Shown: positions 15,142 through 29,104 of the stretch, one piece after another
Position numbering within the stretch: the first letter of the stretch is position 1
Layout of the letters: the number at the start of each line of letters is the position of its first letter
Assembly (NCBI GenBank): GCA_951406725.2
Contig: OX597816.1
Span: forward strand, 45,446,001 to 45,510,000
DNA: 64,000 nt
Direction: 5' to 3'
Source of the DNA: Octopus vulgaris
Taxonomy: Eukaryota
Translations under genes and position numbers: made by a program
Notes under the pieces: generated by a model
Told to the model about the DNA's origin: nothing
Database searches by the model: none
The model's input: the letters and a program-made list of their open reading frames with translations, nothing else

Positions 15142-15923
15142 GCGTGTGTGTGTATTTAAAAATGTATATACGCATATATACATATATAAATATACATTGA
15201 AGAAGGTCGTTAGAATTACCCACTTCTACCCCTCTCTCATTCTTTCTCTCTCTTTCTCATTCTCTCTCTCTCTCACTCTCTCTCTCACTCTCTCACTCTC
15301 TGTCTTTTCTCTCTCTCTATATATATATATATATGTATATAAATATACAAATATATATATATATATATATATATACCATCCTCACACACACGCATATGTA
15401 TGTATGTGTGTATGGTATATATATATATATATATATATATACACGCATATGTATGTATGTGTGTATAATAATAATAATAAAAATAAAAAAAATATACGTG
15501 GAGTAGATGAAACAGGGACAACTGATGAAGGGGAATATTCTTTATGTTGTATGTCTCGTTTCTCTGTTTTTTTATTTCGTTGTTCGAAAAATGTTCGTTT
15601 TCTATATTTTTGTTTTTGTTTTCGTTTCTCATTGTGTTCACCGTTTTTTTGTTTTTGTTTTTTTTTTATGTCCTGTACCCATATATGCATGTATATATAC
15701 ATATGTAGGTATGTACATATATGTATGTATATATGCATATATTTATAAATTATTTATATTATTATATGATCCAACGCCACGCATCCTTTTCCAAGTAAGT
15801 TTTATATATATATATATATAAAGTTAATCCAAACATGAAAACACAAAGAGAAAACACAACAACGCGAGGACGTGGAACAAATATAGTATTATTGGACGCT
15901 CAGGAAGGAAGGGAAGAAGGGGG

Positions 15924-15958
15924 GTTTAACGTTTCGAGCGGAGCTCTTCGTCGGAAAC
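15924..15958 (-). ncRNA. Minimal type I hammerhead-like motif (U4C core variant) in a ~200-bp PLE terminal-repeat fragment between (TA)n tracts
   Basis: Minus strand GTTT-CCGACGA-A-GAGC-TCC-GCTC-GAAAC-GTT-AAAC: stems I and II pair, and stem III is the palindromic ACGT. Confidence 0.65.
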
Positions 15959-16021
15959 ATAGGAGAAGGAAAGATCCAGAGAAGGGAAGTCAGAGGAAAA
16001 AAATCGCCAACGGTACACACG

Positions 16022-16090
<69 letters not shown>

Positions 16091-16615
16091 ATACGTGGAG
16101 TTTTTCGTCAGAGTGACTTAAACTAATAGGTATGCGATCTGAGTTCTGAAATAGGTATGCCACTAAAATTCCGCTTTGAACTGCCTTATCCAAAGCGCCT
16201 AGAAGTGACTTCCCTTAGGAAGAAAGACAAACAATTTAGTAAGACTTGGCAAGGCGTCTCGGATGACGAAATACTGAGCATATGGAATCTTCGCGCGGCG
16301 ACACGATGTTCCAACAGCCGGGATATCCTAGAAACAGCTGTCAGACGCCGAGCAGCTGGATAGTTGTCCGGGCCTTAAGGCAGCACTGCACACGTTATAA
16401 ACTAAACAGCAACTATATCACCATCAGCATCATCAACAACAACACACAAACGCACATACACATACACACAAGCACGCACACACACACACACACACGCAAA
16501 CTATATTACATATGCTAAGTCGGTGTGTTATGTGCAAAGATGAGTTCTGCAGACATTGCAGAAAGTCGTTATAATTACCCCCTTCTAACCCTCTCTCACT
16601 CCTTCTCTCTCTTTC

Positions 16616-16658
<43 letters not shown>

Positions 16659-17979
16659 TTTCTCTCTCTCTCTCCCGCTTTCACTCTCTTTATTTCTTTC
16701 TCTTACATTGGTTTCAAATTTTGGCACAAAGCCAGCAATTTTAGGTGGGTAATCAGCCAATTACATCGACCCCAGTGTTCAACTAGTATAAGTTCCACAG
16801 ACCTCGAAGTGATGAAAGGCAAAGTCAACCACGACACAATTTGAACTCAGGATGCAAAGATCCGGAAGAAATGCAGCTAAAGATTCTCCCAGCTCCTCCC
16901 CTTTCTCTTATGTTGGTTTCAACATGTGGCACAAGGCCAGTAAGTTCGGAGGAGGGCGGAGGTTGATTACATCGACCCCAAGGCTCAACTAGAACTTATT
17001 TTATCGACCCCGAAAGGATGAAAAGCAAAGTCGACCTCGGTGGAATTTGAACTTAGAACGTAAAAGCAAAGGAAATACCTATTTCTTTACTACCCACAGG
17101 AGGCTAAACACAGAGAGGACAAACAGGGACAGATAAAACGGATTAAGTCGATTATATCGACCCCAGTGCGTAACTGGTACTTGTTTAATCGACCCCGAAA
17201 GGATGAAAGGCAAAGTCGACCTCGGCGGAATTTGAGCTCAGAACATAACGGTGGACGAAATACCGCTCAGCATTTCGCCCGGCGTGCTAACGATTCTGGC
17301 AGCTCGCTGCCTTTCCTTTCTCTTATATTACCAGGTTTATGTATTTAGTTTTTACCGATGCAGACGACCGTCACCATTTTTCCTTGAACTTCAGGTTTCG
17401 TTTGGAATGAACGTCGTATCTGATCAAGCTCACGTACAACATCCACTGTTATTGATTATTCCATATCTCAGTTGTATTCTATAATCAAATAAACATACGC
17501 GCGAGTTACCTTAATCATTCGCAGCCCTTTGCAAATGCTAACAGAATAGATCCTGTATGTTTACTCGGTGGATTAATTCAATAATTGTTCATTTAGACTA
17601 GAGATTAGCCTCTTCCAATTTGCTGAGATAATTAGAAAGAAATATTTACAACATATTGAATAATTTACTAATGAATCATAAATTCACATTAATGTATCTT
17701 ATCGTAGATTGGCCGAAATAATTTGCATCTACGACCAAAGAGTTCTCTTTTTCTTTCTTGCTTGCTCTCTCTCGCTATCTCCCTCTGTCTCTTTCTATAT
17801 ATCTCTCTCTCTTTCTTTCTTTCTCTCCATATAATTTGTGTAGTCGACATAATGCGGCGCCCGGTTTAACACCATCATAAGGTCCTTGAGTAGCTTTAGC
17901 GATGTCTACTTTGTTGCAAGTCATTGAACCGTGTCACATCTCAAAACATTTCAAAAGTGATGGAACCTATATAAATAGC

Positions 17980-18190
17980 ATAACTTCTACAGAGCCAGAT
18001 TTATTAAGAGCTTGCTCTCCTATATCTTTTCCCAGTGGGCCCTCACTCTTGAGAACCTGTTATTAGAAACCATCTTCTACTCTTGAAGCCCTACTCTTTT
18101 CAGCGGAAAACAGTATAACTTCTACCGAGCCAGATTTACTGAGGGCTCGCGGTCCTATATTTTCCCATAGGGATCCCTCACTCTTGAGAA
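17980..18190. repeat. Diverged direct repeat, ~75 bp at ~135 bp spacing
   Basis: ATAACTTCTACaGAGCCAGATTTA...CCCTCACTCTTGAGAA occurs twice. Confidence 0.75.
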
Positions 18191-21100
18191 GTTCGATGAA
18201 AACAATGTCATTGCATATAACATTAATAAGACATTTTATTTTGTATTGCATAAAAAAATCTCCTGGCTTAACAGTCTGTTTATGGACCCCATTTGTTTCT
18301 AGTCGTTTGCGTTAGAAGCTTCCTGCCTGGTCAGGCCATACAAGGACAGGGACGTCTCTAATCCATATTTCATCAACCCCGGTATGTCCAAGAGTTAGTT
18401 ATGTCGCCCACGCTTTCCATCGTTTGAATTAACGACGTACTGGCTATAACCTCTAACAGCGCCCTCTTTTATGCATTTGATAAACTCTCTGCTCCTTCTT
18501 AACATTTCATACATAAATGTCTCAGCACATCAAATCCTACATCACTGCCTCCGCGAATAGGGAAATTTAAAATATTTTCCCAATCTCATTTAGTGAAATC
18601 TATGCCACAAATACTAGCCTTTTTCTTTCGATACAGAAAATACTTCAGCTCCGAATAGCTATTGACGCTCTATAAAGAATATTGCTCTTGAATTTCAAAC
18701 ATTGCCGCTACTCAACATAAAAACGTTCAAAACAGCATGAAAACGAAAGTTATCTGATTGATTGCTAAAGATTAATACAACATTTTCCAGCCTTTAAGCC
18801 ACTGACGCGTTCACTTGTACCGTTACAACAACGGTCTCTATTCGCCCATTCTTTGTCTTCTTCACAGGTACCTTATTAACAGCTATTCTAAGTTCTTACG
18901 CCCTACAACTATGGAATTTCTTTACTGCCACGCCCAAACTCACCTCGGTGTCAAATTACGGCCGTTCAAACCGTTTGTCAAGCTTATCAAAATCACTAAG
19001 GCCGAGTAGCTTGTGAAGATCGTAGACATAGTCCTTGTACTCTCGGCAGAAATCATTAAAAAAAAAGACGAAGCAATAATTCCACGCTCAATAAAAATAC
19101 TTTTCATTATCAGAAATGCAGATAAGGAACTGTGCACTGGAACTAAATTATTTTCCCTTCTAGATTATCTAAAGGGTATCTTATTTCTTTACTGCCCACA
19201 AGGGGCTAAATACACAGAGGACAAACAAGGACAGACACACGGATTAAGTCGATTACACCTACCTCAGTGCGTAAATGGTACTTATTTAATCGACCCCGAA
19301 AAGATGTAAGGCAAAATCGACCTCGGCGGAATTTGAACTTAGAATGTAACGGCAGACGAAAGACGAAAAACCGGTAAGCATTTCGCCCGGAGTGCTAACG
19401 TTTCTGCCAGCTCGCCGCCTTGTATCTAAAGGGTATCTATCGTATTTTAATGCGTATAAGGAACCCTTTTTTTTGTCAAAAAATTTGGTTAAAAAATATG
19501 GGAGTTTCTTATACATGGATAGTATTATAGATATTAATAAATTACTTAATTCCTCAAACCTCAAATCTCTAAATTAGTGGGTTCCATATACATGAGGGTT
19601 CTATATACACGTTAAAATACGATAATTTGCTGTTTATTTTTATTAGAGTTTTATTTCGTAAAGTAATTAATTTTGAAACACTAATCCTTTCAATAGTCAC
19701 ACAATGACTCAAATGGCCAATAAGTATTATTTGTAGTGTCATCAGTCTTTCAACAGACCAGAAATAAATTTCTTCCCAATCAAGCTAGTCTGCTCAAAGT
19801 CGACTAGCGCCCAGTAGAGATTAGATACAGTTTAAAATATTAGCTAAGGAAACAACACAAACTCCCTAGTTGAATACAAATTAGAGATATGGTCTATTTG
19901 TGATTAGGAACTCTGTCATCGAAACTGAATTCCCTCGATTGGTGATGCTTTAAAGAATTCAGCTTCTGCTCATCTTTTCCTACAAAAATTTAAACAAATG
20001 TAAACTTAAGTAGCGTAGACGCATGCAGTGACTTTGTTATATTTATGGGTTTCCATATTTAATATCTGACTATACTCACATAGCACATAGCCTCCATATA
20101 TTACCGCAAATTTCTGTAACAGAAGTTGGACAGTAAAAATTTAGACAGCAACAAGATCAAATGATTAATAGTGGTGTTCATGTCATTCTCTAAGCACTTT
20201 AGCAGATGCCAGCGAAATGGTGAGCCGTCGGGAATTAACGGTTGTCGCGGTGACGGCTTTTAGAGAACATATTTTCTTTCTTTGTTCATGTTATTTAGCC
20301 AAGGTCATCCCTCAGAGAACAGATTTATTTTCCGAAGGTGTTTTAAATCGCGACTATCCTGTCTTTTCTCTCAGACATAGTGTATCTATGTATTCTTCGT
20401 TTTTTAGACGGTAATGTGAGATTTTGGAGTAAGTCGAACGTTCGTGCAGCGACTCATTCGTATGACCCTCTGGCATTCATTGATAAGGTGTATAAATGAT
20501 CAGCAATGAGTCACACAGGACCCTTCAACAATATAGAAAATAAAACCATTTTAAGATATTCAAAGATACTGCCTTGGCCGTGAAGTTAAAAAGTTCCTTT
20601 CCTCTCACAACTTGATAAGAGATCCCGTAAAGGAGACCTCATAGGTTCGTTAAAATTATTGTGCTATTTTTTTTTATAGGCACATCAGGTACAAATCCTG
20701 CTGAGATCAACAATGCCCTTTACCCTTCCGAGGTCGATAAAATAACTAGTCAAGTAATAGGGTGGATATAATTTCGTAGTTCTCAAGCTGAAAAATATCT
20801 TGCCTCCCACAAAAAAAAACTAGTAAAATGTTTTGCTACTCTTTCTCCCATCATTATTAATTGTTTCTAATTTAGGCACAAGGCCAGCAATTTTGAGAAG
20901 AAAGAATTAGTCAACACCACAGACTCTAGTACTTCGTGGGCTAATACGTTATTTCATCGATCGCTAAAGGATGACAAGCAAAGCTGACGTTGGCGGAAAT
21001 TGAACTCAGAATGTACTCAGTCGGAAGATATATCGCAAGGTATTTTTTCCGATGCTCTAACGATTCCGTCAGGTCGCTACCTTCGCCCTCTTTTATTAAT

Positions 21101-22244
21101 GAAAAGATAAAATTGTATTTGTACCTATATCATCCTTCTTTCGTTGCCATTGTATTTGAAAGTTTAAAAGTTTAAAACCGCTTAGATTTATTTTAATACG
21201 GCGATTTTTTACTCAGGGGCCATCAATGTAGGCCTGATCCCTTCAATCCAATGAGAAATGTCAATATAATCGACTGTTATCGTTACCCTAAATTTGAGGC
21301 CATGTGACTATGTAAGAAATCAGTGTTACCGTCGTTGTCGTTATCGTCTTCGTTGTTGGCATCTAACACCAGGACAACTCCCGTAGAACAGACAAACGAT
21401 AAAAGATATTCCAGCTATAATTACATCAATTTTCCAATTTCAGATACAGTATACGAAGGACTACACTACCCATATTTCTTTACCTTTTCTTTTTGTCTTC
21501 CTTTGCCCCAAACCCCACTACCGCCTTAGCAGTATTATAGGCCCCCAAGCAAATCAGTACACAATGCCCTTTTTGTAATTTATTTACAGCAAGCCACAAC
21601 GTGGATAGATCAAGATTGGGCCCTTAGACGCATGAGACTCCCAGACAATAACCCAGTGTTCCTATGCTTAAAAACAGTACTGCTCATTACCACCAGACTG
21701 TACGGTTCATGATTGAGAGATAAAGATCCCCTTCGGTCATGAATGACCAGGGGATTGCACCTAGAAAGTTCCCCTGCAAGGGACAAGTGTGGGCAAGAAA
21801 GTTCATGGAAGACCAGCAGTCACCCATGCATACCAGTCTCTTCTCTCTACCCCACCGATGTTGTCCAAAGGAAAGGCAAAGGCCCATACAGCTTGGCATC
21901 AGTGAAGTCGCAACTCACTTCTACAGAAGAATAAACTGGAGCAATGGGAAAAAAAGTGTCTTGCTCAACAACACAGCACACAGACCGATCCGGGAATCGA
22001 ACTCACTACTTCATGATTGCGAGCCCGACACCCTAACCACTGAAGGCACATTGAGAGATACTCGACTGCTATTTTTAACATACCAATTGTACACATGACA
22101 GAATCCTCTTTGGACCATTATGTTCGGGTTGGAGCGTGTAGCTTTTATACCACATCAATATATCTTACCCGTTTCTGTGCTTTCTTCAACCCCAGCGCTA
22201 TTGCCAGCTGACAGTTTGGTAGTCTCTTGTAGTCCTAGAAAGAT

Positions 22245-22660
22245 TGCGGCGAGCTGGCAGAATCGTTAGCACGTCGAGCGAAATGCTTAGCGGTATTTCG
22301 TCTGCCGTTACGTTCTGAGTTCAAATTCCGCCGAGGTCGACTTTGCCTTTCATCCTTTCGGGGTCAATTAAATAAGTACCAGTTACGCACTGGGGTCGAT
22401 GTAATCGACCTAATCTGTTTGTCTGTCCTTGTTTGTCCTTTCTATGTTTAGCCCCTTGTGGGTAGTAAAGAAATAGGTATTTTGTCTGCCTTTATTTTGT
22501 CTGAGTTCAAATTCTGCTGAGGTCGACTTTGCCTTTCATCCTTTCGGGGTGGATAAATTAAGTACCAGTTACGCACAGGGGTCGATGTAATTGACTTAAT
22601 CCCTTTGTCCTTGTTTGTCTCCTCTATGTTTAACCCCTTGTGGGCAATAAAGAAATAAGA
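22245..22660 (+). mobile_element. Nin-domain SINE dimer
   Basis: Full head, with a junction at ~22475. Confidence 0.87.
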
Positions 22661-22945
22661 AAGATTGTGCCCTGCAATTTTTTACTCATTTACTTGTTTC
22701 AGTCGTTTGACTACGGCCATGCTGGAGCACTGCCTTTAGTCGAGCAAATCGACCCCAGGACTTATTCTTTGTAAGCCTAGTACTTATTCTATCGGTATGT
22801 CTTTGCCGAACCGCTAAGTTACGGGGCGTAAACACACCAGCTTCGGTTGTTAAGAGATGTTGGGAGGACAAACACAGACGTACAAACATATACACACACA
22901 TACATACATACATACATACATACATACATACATACATACATACAT

Positions 22946-23033
<88 letters not shown>

Positions 23034-25620
23034 GACGGGCTTCTTTCAATTTCCGTCTACCAAATCCACTCACAAGGCTTTGGTTGGCCCGAGGCTATAG
23101 TAGAAGACACTTGCCCAAGCTGCCATGCAGTGGGACTGAACCTGGAACCATGGTTCCGGGTTCAGTCCCACTGTTGTTTTGCTCAAGTGTTTTGCTCAAG
23201 ACCACAACGTGTCACTCGGTCTGGGAATCGAAACTACAATCTTACGAACATGAGTACAACACTGATCACTAGACCACAAGCACACAAACCACCAAAGAGT
23301 ACGGTGCGTAATTTGGGAGACATTTACTCTCTCTCTTTTACTCTTTTACTAGTTTCAGTCATGTGACTGTGGCCATGCTGGAGCACCGACTTTAGTCGAG
23401 GAAATCGACCCCAGGACTTATTCTTTGTAAGCCTAGTACTACTTATTTTATCGGTCTGTTTTGCCGAACCGATAAGTTACGGGACGTAAACACACCAGCA
23501 TCGGTTGTCAAGCGATGTTGGGTGGGGGGACAAACACAGACACACAAACATGTACACACACATACATATATGTATACATATATACGACGGGCTTCTTTCA
23601 GTTTCCGTCTACCAAATCCACTCACAAGGCTTTGGTCGGCTCGAGGCTATAGTAGAAGACACTTGCCCAAGGTGCCACGCAGTGGGACTGAACCCGGAAC
23701 CATGTGGTTGGTAAGCAAGCTACTTACCACACAGCCACTCGACTGCTCTTTCTAGCATGACGCTCGACCGCATAAACGCATCATCTTTGGACCATTACGT
23801 TCGGTTTGAACCAAGTAGTTTTAGTGCCTCATCAATTTATCTTTCCCATCTTTCCCTTTCCTTTTCTTTCTTCTACCCCAGCCCCACTATCACCAGATTA
23901 TCACGGTGCATAAAAAAATAGCGCTGTAGTTTACTTGGAGTACTCTGATACAAAGTAAAGTAACAGAAAAGAAGGAGAGCATCCAACAACGCGAAACACG
24001 TTTCTAAACCATGTATGTCTGATGACGAGTCTTTATGCCTGAAACATATAAAGCAAGACACTTCATTTCCCGTTACTCCAGTTTACTCAGCTGTAGAAAT
24101 CAGTTACGACATCACTGGTGTCAAGCTGTATCAGCCTTTGCCTTCCCCTTCAACAACATCGGTGGCATGGAGAGGGGAGACTGGTATGCATAGGCGACAG
24201 CTGGTCTTCCATTAACAACTTTACTCGGACTTGTGCCTCGGGTGGGGGGTGGGGGGACTTTCTAGGTGCAATCCCGTGGTCATTCAAGACCGAAGGGGGT
24301 CTTTACCGCCTTATTTTTATATAAAGGTTACTCACTTCTCATTTTATCGCATTATTTGTAGCTCTCCTAAGGTGGCGAGCTGGCAGAATCGTTAGAACAT
24401 CAGACAAAATGCTTAGTAACATTTCGTCTGTCTTTAAGTTCTGAGTTCAAATTCCACCGAGGTCGACTTTACCTTTCATCTTTTCTAGCTCGATAAAATA
24501 AATACCAATCAAGAACTGGAGTCGATGTAATCGACTAGCTCCTACCCCTTAAAATTTCAGGCCCTTTGTCTTTAAGAGAAAGGAATATTTCTTATTTCTA
24601 TTACATCGGGGGCGACTTTGCCTTTCATTTCCACAAGCTCGATAAAATAAATACCAGTCGAGTACTAGGGTCGATATAATCAACTAGCACCCTCTCCCTT
24701 AAAATTTCAGGTCCTGTGCCTATGGTAGAAAGGATTATTAGAAGCTCTTCTTCTTTTACAATACTTTTATTGGGAACATAATTCTCTAGATGGAGACGCA
24801 CAACGTAGTGGTTCGGGTGCAGTACTCGTGATCGTGTGATTGTAGTTTCGATACCTAGACTGGGCGATGAATTGGTTGCTCTTGAGCAAAACGCTTCATT
24901 TCCCGCTGCTTCAGTTGGCAAAAATGAGTAATCCTGCGATGGAGTGACGCCCCATCTAGGGGTGTGGGGAATATGTACGCCACGAAATCCGGGAAACCAG
25001 CCTTATCAGCCTGCGGCTTGCAAAGGACAGTTTTACTTTCTTGTTTTATATTTTTGATAATTCTCAAGAACGGCCAGTTTGGGAGTCTAACTTACAATCT
25101 CGCCACTAAGCCACAAGCCCTTAAACCATAAGACAGTACAGTGCGCCATTTGGGAGACCTTTGTCTGTTATTTCTAGCATGACGGTCGACCGCATAAACG
25201 CATCGTCCTTACGCTATTATGTTCGGGTTGAAACAAATAGTTTTAGTGCCACATTGTCTAGACAACTTACGTATCTATGTTGTAATATTTCACCTGCTAT
25301 TGAAGAAATGATTAATATTCATGGAAATGTGTTTTATATAGACTCACTGAATTAGACAGAGAAAGAAAGGTGAGTGACGCAAATTAATTAATGAATGATG
25401 CATTCCATCATGATTCATTTGTGTTCAAATAGGAGAGACATGTTGTATGTACGTATGTGTGTGTGTGTGCGTACGTTTGCGTGTGTAGACATCGTTTGTG
25501 CGTGTGTGAATGTGTGTGTGTTTGTGTGTGTGTGTGCATATATATATGTATGTATGTATATATATATGTGTGTGTATGTGTGTGTATGTGTATATATATA
25601 TATGTATATGTATATGTGTG

Positions 25621-25721
<101 letters not shown>

Positions 25722-25734
25722 GTATATATATATG

Positions 25735-25766
<32 letters not shown>

Positions 25767-25809
25767 TATGTAGGTATGTACATATATGTATGTATGTATG
25801 CATGTATGC

Positions 25810-26007
25810 ATAAACAAAAGACGAAGGCAGGTGGAGTACAAACAAACAAATGTATTAGTATAGCGCTCAGGAATAGAAAAAGTCTTTTACGTTTCGAGCC
25901 TACGCTCTTCGACAGAAAGATACACGGAAAAAAACAAGGAGAGAAACAAGGAGAGAAAAAAAGGAGAGAAAAAAATGCGTGTAGGAGCTAACGATCTATC
26001 ATGGTGT

Positions 26008-26080
<73 letters not shown>

Positions 26081-26648
26081 CAAATGGGACAAGAATGTAA
26101 AACATCCGGACAACCAGGTGATGCAAAAAGGGACAACAAAACATCCAGATAGACGATACAAAAAAAAAAAATCACACACCGGGACGGGTCATTCGAAGCT
26201 TTCTATCCTCAGTCAAGAACCGGATCATCATCGCAATTTCGGCTGATTAATCTTGAGATTGCTCCAATCTGGCCAGCCGCAAGGAAAAACTAAGCTAAGA
26301 GCATTAGATTCCTTGGAAGAAAGCAGTGAATGTATACGAAAACAAGGACGAAAAACATACAATGTTATATATATATATATATATATATATATCTAATGCT
26401 CTTAGCTTAGTTTTTATATATCTAATGCTCTTAGCTTAGTTTTTCCTTGCGGCTGGCCAGATTGGAGCAATCTCAAGATTAATCAGCCGAAATTGCGATG
26501 ATGATCCGGTTCTTGACTGAGGATAGAAAGCTTCGAATGACCCGTCCCGGTGTGTGATTTTTTTTTTTTGTATCGTCTATCTGGATGTTTTGTTGTCCCT
26601 TTTTGCATCACCTAGTTGTCCGGATGTTTTACATTCTTGTCCCATTTG

Positions 26649-26708
<60 letters not shown>

Positions 26709-26903
26709 CATGATAGATCGTTAGCTCCTACACGCATTTTTTTCTCTCCTTTTTTTTCACTCCTTGTTTCTCTCCTTGTTTTTTTCCGTGTATCTTTCTG
26801 TCGAAGAGCGTAGGCTCGAAACGTAAAAGACTTTTTCTATTCCTGAGCGCTATACTAATACATTTGTTTGCTTGTACTCCACCTGCCTTCGTCTTTTGTT
26901 TAT
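25810..26903. mobile_element. Inverted pair of ~490-bp PLE-type terminal repeats (25810-26309 / 26420-26903)
   Basis: Arms are near-exact reverse complements, each carrying an HHR-like motif, and are flanked by TA/TATG microsatellites. Confidence 0.8.
26793..26830 (+). ncRNA. Minimal hammerhead-like motif (A6U variant), mirrored at 25883-25920 on minus
   Basis: TCTTT-CTGTCGA-A-GAGC-GTAG-GCTC-GAAAC-GTA-AAAGA. Confidence 0.65.
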
Positions 26904-26918
26904 TTTCGTAAACTTTCC

Positions 26919-26982
<64 letters not shown>

Positions 26983-27082
26983 GTATGCATGTATGTATGT
27001 ATGTATGTATGTATGTATGTATGTATGTATGTATTTGCGATATGTACACACGATACATACATATTACGTATATGGGCTAAAA

Positions 27083-28526
27083 AATTTATAGGCTGACTAT
27101 GAAGGAGTGATGCTAGAGATGTGAAATCTCGCATGCATTAATTTCAACTCTCCTTCTTATTAATAACTGCATTGTTTCTTTCCAGCTTAACCGACATCTA
27201 TCTGTTCAGAGGACATTTCAGAAGTAACTAGTAGCGACTTCTCTTGAAACTGGACAAAAATTCAGCATCGTAGTGTTATCAAATAGCTGCAGAAAATGGG
27301 TTTTTAACCCCCAACGACATTCATGTTGATATGGTTGCTGTGTTAGGGGATGCCGCTTCAACTTTATCAACAGAGCAAAAGTGGGCAGCTGAATTTAGGA
27401 GGGGAACGGAGAGTGTTGGAGATGATCTGCGGCTGCCACCACCGAAGAAAATATTGATCGCGCTTACGACATGGTGATGGATGAGGCGATTGACTATACA
27501 TCAAATTGGCAATGATATTAACATATCCCGTGAGAGAGTTGAGAATATTGTACTCAATGAACTTGGCATGATGAAGGTTTCTGTTCGGTGGGCGCCATGT
27601 CTTCTGACACCTGATCAAAAGCGCACCAGGCTAATCACATCAAGGGGGAAATCGAACATTGTCTGAGGCAGATCCAGCTGGCTTCTTTGAACGTTTCCTA
27701 ACCCAGGATGAGTGTTGGATTCATCACTTTGAGCCAGAGGCAAAGAGACAATCCATGCAGTGAAAAGAACCTTCCTCACCTGCTTCAAAGAAGGTCATAC
27801 TCGTTTCATCTGCAGCAAAGGTGATGGCTTCTGCTTTTTGAGTTGCAAATGGCATTGTGTTTAATTTCTACCTTCAAAAGGGCCACATCATCAATAGAGA
27901 CTACGATTCCAACTTGCTGAGGTAGTTACGAAGAGCTATCAAGACCAAATACTCAGGAAAACTGATGAAAGGTGTCCTGTTTCATGAGTACAATGCGCCT
28001 TCGTTTCAATGGCTGCTCTGCGCAGCTGCGACTTTGAACTAGTTGATCACCTTCCCTGTTCTCCTGATTTAGTCCCATCTGACTCTCATCTATTCCCCAG
28101 CTTGAAAGACACTTGGCTGAGAAGCAATATCGCAGTGCTGTTGATGACTTTTTTGTCCAACAGGTTGAAAGCTTCTTCACCAATTAGATCCAAACACTGC
28201 CATACTGATGGAGGACGTTTGTGGACCACAAGGGGACTATATTCTTTTCTACTTAAGGCACAAGGTCTGAAATCTTTGGGGAGGGGGCCAGTCGATTAGA
28301 TCGACCCCAGGACGCAACTGGTACTTAATTTATCGACCCCGAAAGGATGAAAGGCAGAGTCGACCTCGGCGGAATTTGAACTCAGAACCTGAAGACAGAC
28401 GAAATACCGCTCATCATTTCGCTCGGCTTGCTTACGTTTCTGCCAGTTCGCTGCAAGGGGACTGTATTGAAAAATAAACCTCATTTGCTCACATTCCATG
28501 AGAGTGTCTTCGTCAGCCTATGAATT
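27083..28526 (+). pseudogene. Decayed mariner (Tc1/mariner) transposon with transposase pseudogene
   Basis: Fragments WAAEFRRG, KVSVRWAPCLLT (WVPxxL), TQDECWIHHFEP and HLPCSPDLVPSDSHLF (YSPDLAPxD), with stops and frameshifts. TIR remnants AATTtATAGGCTGAC / GTCAGCCTATGAATT. Confidence 0.9.
28244..28453 (-). mobile_element. Nin-domain SINE inserted in the mariner
   Basis: 15-bp TSD CAAGGGGACTaTATT (28229-28243) / CAAGGGGACTgTATT (28454-28468). Confidence 0.88.
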
Positions 28527-29065
28527 TGCACACATGCATGCATACATAATATGCATGTATGTATGTATATGTATTTGTATGTGTGTATGCGTTCTAACGA
28601 ATTTTTCCACTGTCTAGGCTTAAAAAAAAGCCCTTATTGTTGGTTTCCTTGTCCTGTTTTTATTCTTTATTTGTACTGTTTTTTTTTCTTCATTTGTATT
28701 GCTTTTACGTCCTGTTCTTGTCACTTTTTTTTTTACCCCTCTGCAAAGGAATTTTATTTAATTCATTTTGCAGGAAGGACCGCTTCGGCCGGATCGTGTT
28801 CTGCCCTTACCTTCGAAACACACATTGAGTCGAAACAGGGGCAGCTGATGAAGGGGAATATTCCTTGTATTGTTTGTCTTGTACTTTGTTTTTTTTCGTT
28901 GTTAAAAAAAAGTCCGTTTCCTTGTTTGATTTTATGTTTTCGTTTCTCGTTGTGTTCTACGTCTATTTGTGGTGTCCTGTACTCATATATGCATGTATAT
29001 ATACATATTGATGTAGGTATGTACATATATGTATGTATGTATGCATGTTTTATTTATTAAATTGT

Positions 29066-29104
<39 letters not shown>

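Noticed and set aside
18250-19150. Possible L1/Tx1-like RT relic on the minus strand
   Set aside because: Only faint motif hints (e.g. GIDFTK), too decayed to call without a profile search.
24013-24060. CTGATGA...GAAAC hammerhead-like string
   Set aside because: No convincing stem II or stem I/NUH site. At most a decayed relic.
26503-26552. Second hammerhead (CTGAGGA...GAAT...GTC) in the inverted arms
   Set aside because: It lacks GAAA, and stem I is not adjacent to the core.
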